Shown: piece after piece, positions 46,700 to 55,430 of the stretch
Layout of the letters: the number at the start of each line of letters is the position of its first letter
Numbering within the stretch: position 1 is the first letter of the stretch
Assembly (NCBI GenBank): GCA_947381905.1
Contig: CANCXL010000003.1
Span: forward strand, 4,138 to 68,137
From: an uncultured Clostridiaceae bacterium
GTDB lineage: Bacteria; Bacillota; Clostridia; TANB77; CAG-465
DNA: 64,000 nucleotides
Reading direction: 5' to 3'
Notes under the pieces: generated by a model
What the model saw: only the letters and a program-made list of their open reading frames with translations
What the model was told of the DNA's origin: nothing
Databases searched by the model: none
Position numbers and translations under genes: made by a program

Positions 46700-47878
46700 A
46701 TGAAGATAACAGACTTTGCATTAGTGTTTATTGCAATAATAATACCATTTATGCTTGTGTTATATATAAATATAACATTTACAATTAAAGCAGAAGAAAT
46801 GGAATTATATTATCAAACAGTGTTAAATTCTGCTTTAGATGATGCAGCATATGAAATGAAACAAGTTGAAAGCCAAGACAAACAAATAGATTATGGATAT
46901 TCAGATAAATTAAATAAAAAGATAAATGTTAATGCACAAGTAGGGGTGGATTCTTTCTTTGAGACATTATACAATACGTTTGGTGTTAAAGGAAATGAAG
47001 CAGGAGAAAGTTATCTTAATCTTTTTGTACCAGCTGTAGCAGTAATAGAATATGATGGCGTTAGGGTATCTAAAAACGAAACTGTTACAGGAGAGGATGG
47101 CCTAAGCATAACACAAAGAGTGTTGAAACCTAAAAGATACTTTACATATACATATTCAATAGTAAGAAATGGTGGAGAATATAGCTATGTTCAAGGAATA
47201 GCAAGTGATAATGTTTCATCTGTACACACAATTGAATTTACAATGGATAGTTTTGTTACTCATAGAGGATATGATTATGCAAGTAATGAAGAGATTGATG
47301 TAGAATCTTTTTATCTTGAAGATTCTAAAAATAATAAAAATTTAGTTATTGGAGTATATGATACAGAGTCAAAAAATAAATTGATGAATGAAATAATATC
47401 ATCCTTAAAAGATATTAGACCATCAATAATATCAAATGTTGTTGCAAGCGAACTTTCTTATGCGGTAAATGAAAACAACTATTATGCAAGACAATCAGGA
47501 GTTATATATTCATTTAATTTTCCTGCAACCACACAAGATGAATTATATAATATGGTTGATGGTGTAGGTATAGTTGCATTTATGCAAGGAATATCTGTTG
47601 GAAATAAATATTTAAATACTAAAGCTTTTGGAGTAAGTTCACTTGGAAATACAACAAGATATTATTTTACTGCTCCAATCACAGATTCACAAATTCAGAT
47701 GAATCTATATCATAAAGATACTAATTGTCCAGAGTATAGATTGTCTAGGATATCAGACATGTCACCAAGATATGCTACATCTAAACAAGAAGCAGCAACA
47801 AGTGAAACTACAGGAACACAAAGTGGAGTGAAAAAGACATTTAGAGGATTTTATCCATGTCCAATTTGTAATCCATAA
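46700..47878 (+). CDS. N-terminally anchored extracytoplasmic protein with a C-terminal Cys cluster
   Basis: The anchor is FALVFIAIIIPFMLVLYINITF. The C-terminus has NCPEY...FRGFYPCPICNP. Confidence 0.45.
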   Translation: MKITDFALVFIAIIIPFMLVLYINITFTIKAEEMELYYQTVLNSALDDAAYEMKQVESQDKQIDYGYSDKLNKKINVNAQVGVDSFFETLYNTFGVKGNEAGESYLNLFVPAVAVIEYDGVRVSKNETVTGEDGLSITQRVLKPKRYFTYTYSIVRNGGEYSYVQGIASDNVSSVHTIEFTMDSFVTHRGYDYASNEEIDVESFYLEDSKNNKNLVIGVYDTESKNKLMNEIISSLKDIRPSIISNVVASELSYAVNENNYYARQSGVIYSFNFPATTQDELYNMVDGVGIVAFMQGISVGNKYLNTKAFGVSSLGNTTRYYFTAPITDSQIQMNLYHKDTNCPEYRLSRISDMSPRYATSKQEAATSETTGTQSGVKKTFRGFYPCPICNP

Positions 47879-47916
47879 AGTTTTAAGATATAATAAAAAA
47901 GGAGGTGTAATCTAAA

Positions 47917-49239
47917 ATGGGAGAAGGTTTTGTTCCATCTTATCAAGATGAAGAAGAAAGACTTAAAGTAAGAAAAGAGAAAGACAGAAAAGATAGAATA
48001 AAAAGTATAATTATATCAGTTATAGCAAGTATAGTAGCACTTGGTATTATATTTTTAGGTTACACAATATTTAATGTAGATTATAGTAAATACGAAAAGT
48101 ACGAAGAAAAAATGGATATATATGGCTTTTCAAAAGTTTATGACAATCAAAAAGCAAATACTAAAGAAAAAGTTACAAAATCTGAAGCAGTTAAAATGAT
48201 ATTATCTTGTTTATATAATGTATCAAGCATTGATGGAATTGCAATGCCAACAGAAGAGACATATTCTAATGCTATATGGGTTGAATATGCAATAAAACAA
48301 GGAATAGTATCTAGAGAAGAGATAAATGCATCAAATGCAAATGATAAGGTAAAATATCAAGAAGTATTAGTATGGCTATATAATATAAAAGCAAAGGTGT
48401 TAAACATTGAGCCAGATACTACTGCAAACTTTAATATAAAAGATATCAATGCATATAATGCAGATCAAAAATTTGCTATATATGATTTATTAAATTCACA
48501 AGTAATTGTAGAAAATTTCAAAAGAGTTGATGGAAATAGAAGACTATATAAAGGAAAACTTAATGAACTAATAGTAAATTTTGCTGAGGAATATAATACT
48601 ATTACAGTTGGAAATGCTAAAATAAATATTAATGAAGATAAAATACCAGAAAACTCTAATATGTATCCATACACTTTAGCAAGTGTTCAAAAAGATGTAT
48701 ATGAAATCCCATTTAAAAATAATGGAAATGAAGGAGTAATTTATCCTATAGACTATTATAAAGATAATAAAGAATACTATGGACAAATTAAAACTTATGT
48801 AGAAAACTATTATAATACACTTTTAAATATAGATTATAATAGCATAAAAGCAGGAGATTTTAAAAGAAAAATAAAAAAATATGTTTACGACGAAATAGAT
48901 GACAACAAGCTTTCTTCATATATTGAATATGTAAAAAATAATCATATTAAAATGAGTGGAAAAGCAGCAGCACAACTACCATGTGTATATTTTGACGGAG
49001 AAAATTATAGAGTAAGAGTAAAGCTTGAGATAAAAATAGAATCATCTGATACAAAAGATAATTTAATATATCATGATTTAGAATCAGGCAAAACATCGTA
49101 TAATAGTGATTTAATCACTATATGTGTTGATACTATAATGCAAAAGACTGATTCGTCAGAAACTTTATTTATAAAAGAAGGAACTATAAATTCTATTATT
49201 TCAAAAACTAGTAGTAGTATAGTTAGTAAGGAGGATTAA
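47917..49239 (+). CDS. Bitopic membrane protein (charged cytoplasmic N-terminus, one TM helix, and an outside domain of about 390 aa)
   Basis: Contains EEERLKVRKEKDRKDRIKS, then IIISVIASIVALGIIFLGYTIF. A faint SLH-like pattern (VTKSEAVKMILSCL..NAIWVEYAIKQGIVS) is present but unverified. Confidence 0.45.
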   Translation: MGEGFVPSYQDEEERLKVRKEKDRKDRIKSIIISVIASIVALGIIFLGYTIFNVDYSKYEKYEEKMDIYGFSKVYDNQKANTKEKVTKSEAVKMILSCLYNVSSIDGIAMPTEETYSNAIWVEYAIKQGIVSREEINASNANDKVKYQEVLVWLYNIKAKVLNIEPDTTANFNIKDINAYNADQKFAIYDLLNSQVIVENFKRVDGNRRLYKGKLNELIVNFAEEYNTITVGNAKININEDKIPENSNMYPYTLASVQKDVYEIPFKNNGNEGVIYPIDYYKDNKEYYGQIKTYVENYYNTLLNIDYNSIKAGDFKRKIKKYVYDEIDDNKLSSYIEYVKNNHIKMSGKAAAQLPCVYFDGENYRVRVKLEIKIESSDTKDNLIYHDLESGKTSYNSDLITICVDTIMQKTDSSETLFIKEGTINSIISKTSSSIVSKED

Positions 49240-49240
49240 T

Positions 49241-52006
49241 ATGAACAGAAAAGTATTATTAATTCTCATGACTATAATAGTAACAATTTTATTGTCTGGT
49301 AATGTATATGCCTATGATAATGGAAGAGAAGTATTTGTAAGACATATAGATAAAGAATCAGGTCAAATAATTGATGGACTACAGAATTCAAATCAAGAGG
49401 TAGTAGATATAAGTGGTAATAGTTCGCTAGTATCAAATAGCACAGCAGATGATGCAAGTATTTCATATAGTGAATATTATAATTATAATGTATCTGATAC
49501 AATGAAAATTACAAAAACTCTTGTAATGCAAGTGGATGGAAAAAAATATGAATATTTAGGATATAATAAATGTACATCACCAGATTTATATACTGCATAT
49601 GATATACAAGAGCAAAAGAAAGCGTTAGTAAGAGCAGGTACTGCGTCATTAGATCAGCCATATGATAGAAATCAGGCTAATACAACATATCAAACAATAT
49701 CATCAAATAATAATGATGTAACTATAATAGATTTTTATTATTCAAAAAAGGATGCAGATAATATTAAACCACAGCTTTATTGTAATACAAGTGTATGGAC
49801 TGGAAATGAATCCGGAATAAGATCTAATGTAACATATATACCGGCAGGAGAAATGCTTAGACCATATTTTGAAACACCACGTTATTTTGTAAAAGATTTA
49901 TCATATGAAAAAACAATTGAAGGTGGTAAAGTAAAATATAAATTAAATAAGTTTGTGGTATATAGGATAGAAGAAGCATATCTTAAATCGTCAGAAAGTA
50001 AGCATATAGGAGATAGTGGTCAGATAGAGATTACAGGTGAACTTGTTGGGGATGGTCCAGCAAGTGCAATAGAAGGAATAAATAATAAATCTACTATATT
50101 AGTGCAAAATAAGGCACAACTTACAGATGAGTTAAATTATTTAGTAAATAATTTTAACAATAAAGAAAATAATAAATTTCCTGGAAGAAATGAAATAGAT
50201 CAAAGCAACGGAGATGATTCTAGTTCAAAGGATTTTGATGCCGACCTTGTAGTAAAAGCAAGAACATATAATGGATTAAGAAGCGCTAAAGGAAATGTTG
50301 TATATAGAGAATATAACGTTTTAGATGGAAATTATGGTGCAAGTATAGAGTATGAATCTAAAAATGATCACTTTATAAATGTATATACACCAGTTTTCTT
50401 AGAAAAGCCACAAATAACTACATCAAGTAATACATCAATAGATCATACATCTTTAAATTCTTCAACAGTAATTCTTGCAGATGATGCAACTTTTGAAATA
50501 AAGCTTTCTTGTAAAGATGCAGATTTTATGTATTATAATAATATTAGTCCAGAAAGAAAAGCAAGATTTGTAAGTTATTATTATCTTATCTTTGATTTTG
50601 ACGTTATACACAATGGTGTGCAATATGAAAAAGGTACAGTAATACAAATGACAAATCAAGCATTATATAATGCTGATGGTGCAACATACTTTCATGGACA
50701 AGTAGCACCAAATGAGACTTTATCAAGAGATAATTCAGAACATAAGATTATAGTATTTGCATCAGCAGATAACATGAGAGATAATGCGCTATTAAATTAT
50801 GTTGCAGATCAAGAGGTTGCTATTCAAATAAAGAAAGAGAAAGATCCTTCTGAAAGAAAATATCTAGATGATAGTGGTAACAATAAATCTAATTTCTTAA
50901 CAGATATTGAACACTCAAAGAATAATACAGATGCACAGTATACTGGCTGGGCGACTCTATATGGAGATGGATATTATTTTGCTATGGACTCTGTTACTGT
51001 AAGAACTGTATCTAAACTTTATGATTTTAAGATAACAGATTGTACAGATTTAGCATTTAAAAGTGCATTTAGAGATTCTAATACAAATGAACTTCAAGGA
51101 ATAAATTATTATTCTGGAATAAGAAGGTTATTTGTATATACTAATGCAAATAAAGAGGTAACAACATTATTTGATAGAAATAATATAAAAATTCCGGGAA
51201 CGTCAGCAACTACAACATTGCCACTTGGACCATATAAGCACTTATCTTCAACATATATTAGTGCACCAAAGCTTGGCTATAGAATCGCCTTTGACGTTAA
51301 AACAACAGGATATTATGAGCCTACTGGAAATGATTCTTCAAGCAGAAAAATAGGCATAAAACCAACATATTACTATGTATCAAAAGATGGATCTACAATT
51401 GAAAAAGATATAACACTATATTATAAGGATCAATCCGGAAAATATAAAAAATTTGTTGGTAGCGACTATTCGATATATTTTAAACCAAATGATGGATATA
51501 GATATAAGAGCAATAGTTCAACTGCAGATACATCATATTTATCAAGTAAAGAGGAAGAGCTAAAGATTGGAAAAGAAGAGTTCTTTTTAACAGATAATAT
51601 GGTTACACTAGATGATAGTGGATATATACAGTCGTGGTATGGTGAATTTAAACTTCCAAACACAACAGTTGCTGTAAAAAATGGGGATAATGTGGATAAA
51701 CATCTAAAAGATGGATACATAGGAGTAAAATTTGAGATAATATGCTATGATCAAAAACTAGGTCAAAACATATACTATGATTCAGAAAACAAAGCTGCTA
51801 GTCCAAAGACAAATACAACACAATGGGATTATGAAGGATATTTAGGCTTTTCAAACCCAGGACAGAGTGTAAATGAAAATTCAAGTTTAAGAATACAACT
51901 AGAAAAAGGAATATGGTCAATTAGCAATCAATCATTATATGATTTTGTTAAAGGAACTGTATTACTATATGATATTGATGCAAGGGCAGCAGATGATATT
52001 AATTAA
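49241..52006 (+). CDS. Large secreted protein (921 aa) with a Sec signal peptide; possible adhesin
   Basis: The signal peptide is MNRKVLLILMTIIVTILLSGNVYA-YD. The N-terminal region has a MucBP-like strand pattern (EVFVRHIDKESGQII..YEYLGYN..VTIIDFYYSKK). There is no LPXTG sorting signal or C-terminal anchor. Confidence 0.5.
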   Translation: MNRKVLLILMTIIVTILLSGNVYAYDNGREVFVRHIDKESGQIIDGLQNSNQEVVDISGNSSLVSNSTADDASISYSEYYNYNVSDTMKITKTLVMQVDGKKYEYLGYNKCTSPDLYTAYDIQEQKKALVRAGTASLDQPYDRNQANTTYQTISSNNNDVTIIDFYYSKKDADNIKPQLYCNTSVWTGNESGIRSNVTYIPAGEMLRPYFETPRYFVKDLSYEKTIEGGKVKYKLNKFVVYRIEEAYLKSSESKHIGDSGQIEITGELVGDGPASAIEGINNKSTILVQNKAQLTDELNYLVNNFNNKENNKFPGRNEIDQSNGDDSSSKDFDADLVVKARTYNGLRSAKGNVVYREYNVLDGNYGASIEYESKNDHFINVYTPVFLEKPQITTSSNTSIDHTSLNSSTVILADDATFEIKLSCKDADFMYYNNISPERKARFVSYYYLIFDFDVIHNGVQYEKGTVIQMTNQALYNADGATYFHGQVAPNETLSRDNSEHKIIVFASADNMRDNALLNYVADQEVAIQIKKEKDPSERKYLDDSGNNKSNFLTDIEHSKNNTDAQYTGWATLYGDGYYFAMDSVTVRTVSKLYDFKITDCTDLAFKSAFRDSNTNELQGINYYSGIRRLFVYTNANKEVTTLFDRNNIKIPGTSATTTLPLGPYKHLSSTYISAPKLGYRIAFDVKTTGYYEPTGNDSSSRKIGIKPTYYYVSKDGSTIEKDITLYYKDQSGKYKKFVGSDYSIYFKPNDGYRYKSNSSTADTSYLSSKEEELKIGKEEFFLTDNMVTLDDSGYIQSWYGEFKLPNTTVAVKNGDNVDKHLKDGYIGVKFEIICYDQKLGQNIYYDSENKAASPKTNTTQWDYEGYLGFSNPGQSVNENSSLRIQLEKGIWSISNQSLYDFVKGTVLLYDIDARAADDIN

Positions 52007-52015
52007 CATGAAGAA

Positions 52016-52045
52016 GAACAAGTAATAGATACTTGTTCTTTTTTT
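52016..52045 (+). terminator. Intrinsic terminator closing the 35.5-52 kb operon
   Basis: Stem GAACAAGTA / TACTTGTTC followed by T7. Confidence 0.8.
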
Positions 52046-52102
52046 GTCGAATGAGTAATAAATGATAATAATTAGACAAGTCTTGAATAGATATATATTA
52101 GG

Positions 52103-53110
52103 GTGATATTTATCTTGAAACTAAGGCTTGTTTTTTTGTATATAGTTTCAGCTATATTATTGATTGGTATTATTGTACTAGCTGTTACAGATAAGAAAGA
52201 AGAAATTAAAGAGGAGAAAATTGAAGAAGAAAAAATAAATTTTGAATCAGATAGTACAATTAATCTTCTAAGAACTAAAACGGGTCAAATAGAGGCAGTG
52301 GATTTGAATTACTACTTGTTATGTGTTGTCGCATCAGAAATGCCATTTAAATATGAATATGAAGCTCTAAAGGCACAAGTAGTTGTGGCAAGGACATATC
52401 TGTTTAATAAAATGAGCAAAAATGGCGAAGAAAATGCAGATGCTTGTGATAGTTATACTCATTGTCAAGCTTTTAACGATTTAGAAAATTTAAAGGAGAT
52501 ATGGAAAAAAAAAGGATTTACAGATAATGAAATAATAGATGGAGAAAATAAAATTAAAAAGGCAATAGTTGAAAGTAGTGGAGAAGTAATTACATATAAT
52601 AATGAATTAATTGATGCAGTATTTCATGCAAGTAGTCCGATTAAGACGGAAAACGCTAGTGCAATATGGTCAGGTAAAGATATTCCATATTTAAAATCTG
52701 TTGATAATATTGAAGATGAAACTTATGAAAGACGAAACACTACAAATGAAATATCGTATGCTACATTTAAGAATACTTTAATAGATAAAGGATATGTTTT
52801 TGATTTATCTAAAGAGGATTTTGCAAATATTAAAATAAACGAGTATACGGAAAGTGGAAGAGTAAAAAATGTAAGTGTTGGTAGTAATTTAATTAAAGCA
52901 GAAGATCTAAGAACAATGTTTAGTATTAACTCAACGAATTTTACAATAACAAATTATGAAGATAAAATTGCATTTAATGTGTTGGGTTTTGGACATGGTG
53001 TTGGACTGAGCCAAGTGGGAGCTAATGAATATGCAAGACAAGGTAAGAGTTATAAAGAGATAATTCATCATTACTATACAGATGTAGATATAGTAAATAT
53101 TGACAATTAA
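52103..53110 (+). CDS. spoIID: Stage II sporulation protein D (lytic transglycosylase)
   Basis: An N-terminal anchor, with YLLCVVASEMP..EALKAQVVVARTY and GHGVGLSQVGA. Confidence 0.85.
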   Translation: MIFILKLRLVFLYIVSAILLIGIIVLAVTDKKEEIKEEKIEEEKINFESDSTINLLRTKTGQIEAVDLNYYLLCVVASEMPFKYEYEALKAQVVVARTYLFNKMSKNGEENADACDSYTHCQAFNDLENLKEIWKKKGFTDNEIIDGENKIKKAIVESSGEVITYNNELIDAVFHASSPIKTENASAIWSGKDIPYLKSVDNIEDETYERRNTTNEISYATFKNTLIDKGYVFDLSKEDFANIKINEYTESGRVKNVSVGSNLIKAEDLRTMFSINSTNFTITNYEDKIAFNVLGFGHGVGLSQVGANEYARQGKSYKEIIHHYYTDVDIVNIDN

Positions 53111-53130
53111 CAAAAGAAAAGAGGGGGATT

Positions 53131-53949
53131 ATGAAGATAAAGCTAAATAATATTTTAGATAAGCTTCTTGAAAAAATGAACTTAAGAAGAATTGAAAAAG
53201 AAGAAAAAGGTCAAGTTATAAAATTTGAGACTACAATAGAGGAACAAAAGTCAAGAAAGGGCGCCTTAAATGAAAGTGAATTAAAAAAAGAAAAAGTAGA
53301 AGAATTAAATGAAAATAGCAAAGATCAACAGTCTAATATAAAAATAAAAAAGCAAGGTATAAAGATTCTTGCTTCAATGATACTACTATTGCTACTTACT
53401 ATATCGCTTATGCCTAAAAATAATATATCAGTAGAAAAAGATACATCAAAAGATGTAAGTAGTATATCCGTTTCTTCTAATGTTGATGAATCAAAAGATG
53501 AGGTAGTGCTTGCTTCAAAAGCGGTAGAAAAAAAGGTAGAAAAATTAATTTTTTGTGTTCCTATAGAAGGGACAATACAAAAGATGTATTCGTTAGATAA
53601 AGTTATATATTCTAAAACTTTAGGACAGTGGAAAACACATGATGGACTAGACATTGCACCAACAGGTTCAAAAGAAGTAAAGGCAATTGAAAGAGGTGTT
53701 GTAGATGAAATATACGATGACAATTTCTATGGAAAAACAATTGTTATTGAACATATTAGTGGATATAAGAGTAAATATTCAAATTTAGATAATAATGTGT
53801 ATGTAAGTGTTGGAGAAAATGTTGTAAAAGGACAAAAGATAGGAAAAGTTGGTAATACTTCAGTTGGAGAATATTTAGATGATCCACATCTTCATTTTAT
53901 GATTTTATTAAATGATGAAAGTATTAATCCTTCATACTTATACAAATAG
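53131..53949 (+). CDS. Membrane-anchored M23/LytM peptidase, SpoIIQ-like by position
   Basis: A TM helix (ILASMILLLLLTISL), the LytM motifs THDGLDI and PHLHF, and a position between spoIID and spoIIID as in Clostridia. Confidence 0.6.
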   Translation: MKIKLNNILDKLLEKMNLRRIEKEEKGQVIKFETTIEEQKSRKGALNESELKKEKVEELNENSKDQQSNIKIKKQGIKILASMILLLLLTISLMPKNNISVEKDTSKDVSSISVSSNVDESKDEVVLASKAVEKKVEKLIFCVPIEGTIQKMYSLDKVIYSKTLGQWKTHDGLDIAPTGSKEVKAIERGVVDEIYDDNFYGKTIVIEHISGYKSKYSNLDNNVYVSVGENVVKGQKIGKVGNTSVGEYLDDPHLHFMILLNDESINPSYLYK

Positions 53950-53959
53950 GAGGTAATAT

Positions 53960-54208
53960 ATGGATGAAATAGAAAAAAGAGCAAAGATGTTTGCTACTTA
54001 TATTATTGAAACGGGAGCAACAGTAAGAACAACAGCCAAAGTTTTTGATATTTCAAAATCTACTGTACATAAAGATGTCGCTGAAAGACTAGAAAAATTT
54101 AATCCATCGCTTGCAGAACAAGTAAAGAAGGTATTAGAGCAAAATAAATTAGAGAGGCATTTAAGAGGAGGTATGGCTACTAAATTAAAATACAGTAAGA
54201 TAAGTTAA
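53960..54208 (+). CDS. spoIIID: Stage III sporulation transcription regulator SpoIIID
   Basis: An 82-aa protein with YIIETGATVRTTAKVFDISKSTVHKDVAERL (helix-turn-helix). Confidence 0.9.
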   Translation: MDEIEKRAKMFATYIIETGATVRTTAKVFDISKSTVHKDVAERLEKFNPSLAEQVKKVLEQNKLERHLRGGMATKLKYSKIS

Positions 54209-54230
54209 TAAATAACTTTGTAAAATTAGG

Positions 54231-54259
54231 TTGCAAAAGGAGGTTAAATGTAATATAAT
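54231..54259 (+). promoter_or_regulatory. sigmaA-type promoter of mreB (TTGCAA-17 nt-TATAAT)
   Basis: Hexamers at 54231-54236 and 54254-54259. The TTG that the ORF track uses as a start is the -35 element. Confidence 0.5.
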
Positions 54260-54284
54260 TGTAACAGAAAGAGGGGAATGTATA

Positions 54285-55304
54285 GTGATTTTTGGCGGAC
54301 AAGATATTGGAATAGATTTAGGTACTGCAACTATACTTGTATATGTTAAAGGTAAAGGAATTGTTTTAAGAGAACCATCGGTTGTGGCAATAGATAAAAA
54401 TACTAATCAAGTTCTTGCTGTAGGACAAGAAGCAAGAAAGATGCTTGGTAGAACACCAGGTAATATTGTTGCGCTTAGACCTTTAAAAGATGGAGTTATT
54501 TCAGATTATACAATTACAGAGAGAATGTTAAAATATTTTATATCTAAAGTGTGTGGTAAATTTATATTCTCACCAAAAATTATGATATGTGTGCCTTCTA
54601 GAGTTACAGAAGTTGAAAGAAAAGCAGTAATTGATGCTGCAACTCATGCAGGAGCAAGAAAAGTTTATCTAATTGAAGAACCAATAGCTGCAGCTATTGG
54701 CGCAGGAATAGATATAACAAAACCATATGGAAGTATGATAGTAGATATTGGTGGAGGAACATCAGATATTGCAGTTATATCTCTTGGCGGATCAGTAAAA
54801 AGTACATCAATTAAGATGGCAGGAGATAAATTTGATGAGGCTATAATAAAATATATAAAAAGAAACAGAAACGTTATTATAGGTGAAAGAACTGCAGAAG
54901 ATATTAAAATTAATATTGGATGTATGTATCCAAAATCTGTAACAGAGAGAATGATGGTAAAGGGAAGAGACATTACTTCTGGACTTCCTGTTGAAATAGA
55001 AGTTACATCAGATGAAGCATATAGTGCATTATCTGAATGTGCGGAAAAAATACTTGAAGGAGTACATTCTGTTCTTGAAGAGACTCCACCAGAACTTGTT
55101 GCCGACGTTTCTGAAAGGGGAATATATATTACTGGTGGTGGTGGTCTTGTTTGGGGGCTAGACAAGCTTATTGCTGAAAAAACAGGAATACCAGTAATGA
55201 TTGCAGAAGACGCACAAAGTTGTGTTGCAATAGGTACAGGAAAAGCACTAAATCATATTGAATTATTTGAATCTGGTAATGTAATAAAAATTAGAAAATA
55301 TTAA
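54285..55304 (+). CDS. mreB: Rod-shape-determining actin homologue MreB/Mbl (GTG start)
   Basis: Begins (V)IFGGQDIGIDLGTATILVY and contains EEPIAAAIGAG, DIGGGTSDIAV and GGGGLV. GTG 54285 follows AGAGGGG. Confidence 0.9.
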   Translation: MIFGGQDIGIDLGTATILVYVKGKGIVLREPSVVAIDKNTNQVLAVGQEARKMLGRTPGNIVALRPLKDGVISDYTITERMLKYFISKVCGKFIFSPKIMICVPSRVTEVERKAVIDAATHAGARKVYLIEEPIAAAIGAGIDITKPYGSMIVDIGGGTSDIAVISLGGSVKSTSIKMAGDKFDEAIIKYIKRNRNVIIGERTAEDIKINIGCMYPKSVTERMMVKGRDITSGLPVEIEVTSDEAYSALSECAEKILEGVHSVLEETPPELVADVSERGIYITGGGGLVWGLDKLIAEKTGIPVMIAEDAQSCVAIGTGKALNHIELFESGNVIKIRKY

Positions 55305-55308
55305 TAAA

Positions 55309-55341
55309 AGAGAGAATAAGATACTGCTTATTCTCTCTTTT
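55309..55341 (+). terminator. Intrinsic terminator after mreB
   Basis: A 12-bp stem, AGAGAGAATAAG/CTTATTCTCTCT, followed by TTTT. Confidence 0.8.
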
Positions 55342-55344
55342 AAA

Positions 55345-55373
55345 TTGACATAATTATAAAAGGATGGTATAAT
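55345..55373 (+). promoter_or_regulatory. Consensus sigmaA promoter (TTGACA-17 nt-TATAAT with a TGG extension)
   Basis: Hexamers at 55345-55350 and 55368-55373. It is nearly identical to the promoter at 61398-61426. Confidence 0.6.
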
Positions 55374-55430
55374 TATCGAACTTAACAAATAAATTACTTT
55401 AATATTAATATTATAAAGGAGGAGTAGATT

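Noticed and set aside
35511-52006. Alternative readings of the big operon: a conjugative type IV secretion system, a ComG competence pilus, or a flagellar or archaellum-like locus.
   Set aside because: There is no VirB4, VirD4, relaxase or VirB6-like gene, so a T4SS is unlikely. ComG pilins carry the KGFTLxE leader and come with ComGA/ComGB of different architecture, and that motif is absent here. No flagellar rod, hook, motor or flagellin genes are present.
35361-52051. The oppositely oriented TTCGACA (35361) and TGTCGAA (52045) heptamers as terminal inverted repeats of an inserted island.
   Set aside because: The similarity does not extend beyond the 7-mer when the flanks are compared. There is no integrase or transposase and no tRNA target or direct repeats are visible. 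They are better treated as possible 0A boxes or as chance.
52046-52102. An attempt to assign a sigmaE promoter to spoIID.
   Set aside because: I saw no convincing match to the ATA-type -35 element and CATACA-T -10 element in the 57-nt region.
54237-54253. An SD-like AAGGAGG followed by ATG-TAA, a possible start-stop mini-ORF, upstream of mreB.
   Set aside because: The element lies exactly within the 17-nt spacer of a TTGCAA/TATAAT promoter (54231-54259). It would therefore not be transcribed from that promoter. The SD-to-ATG spacing is also short at 4 nt.
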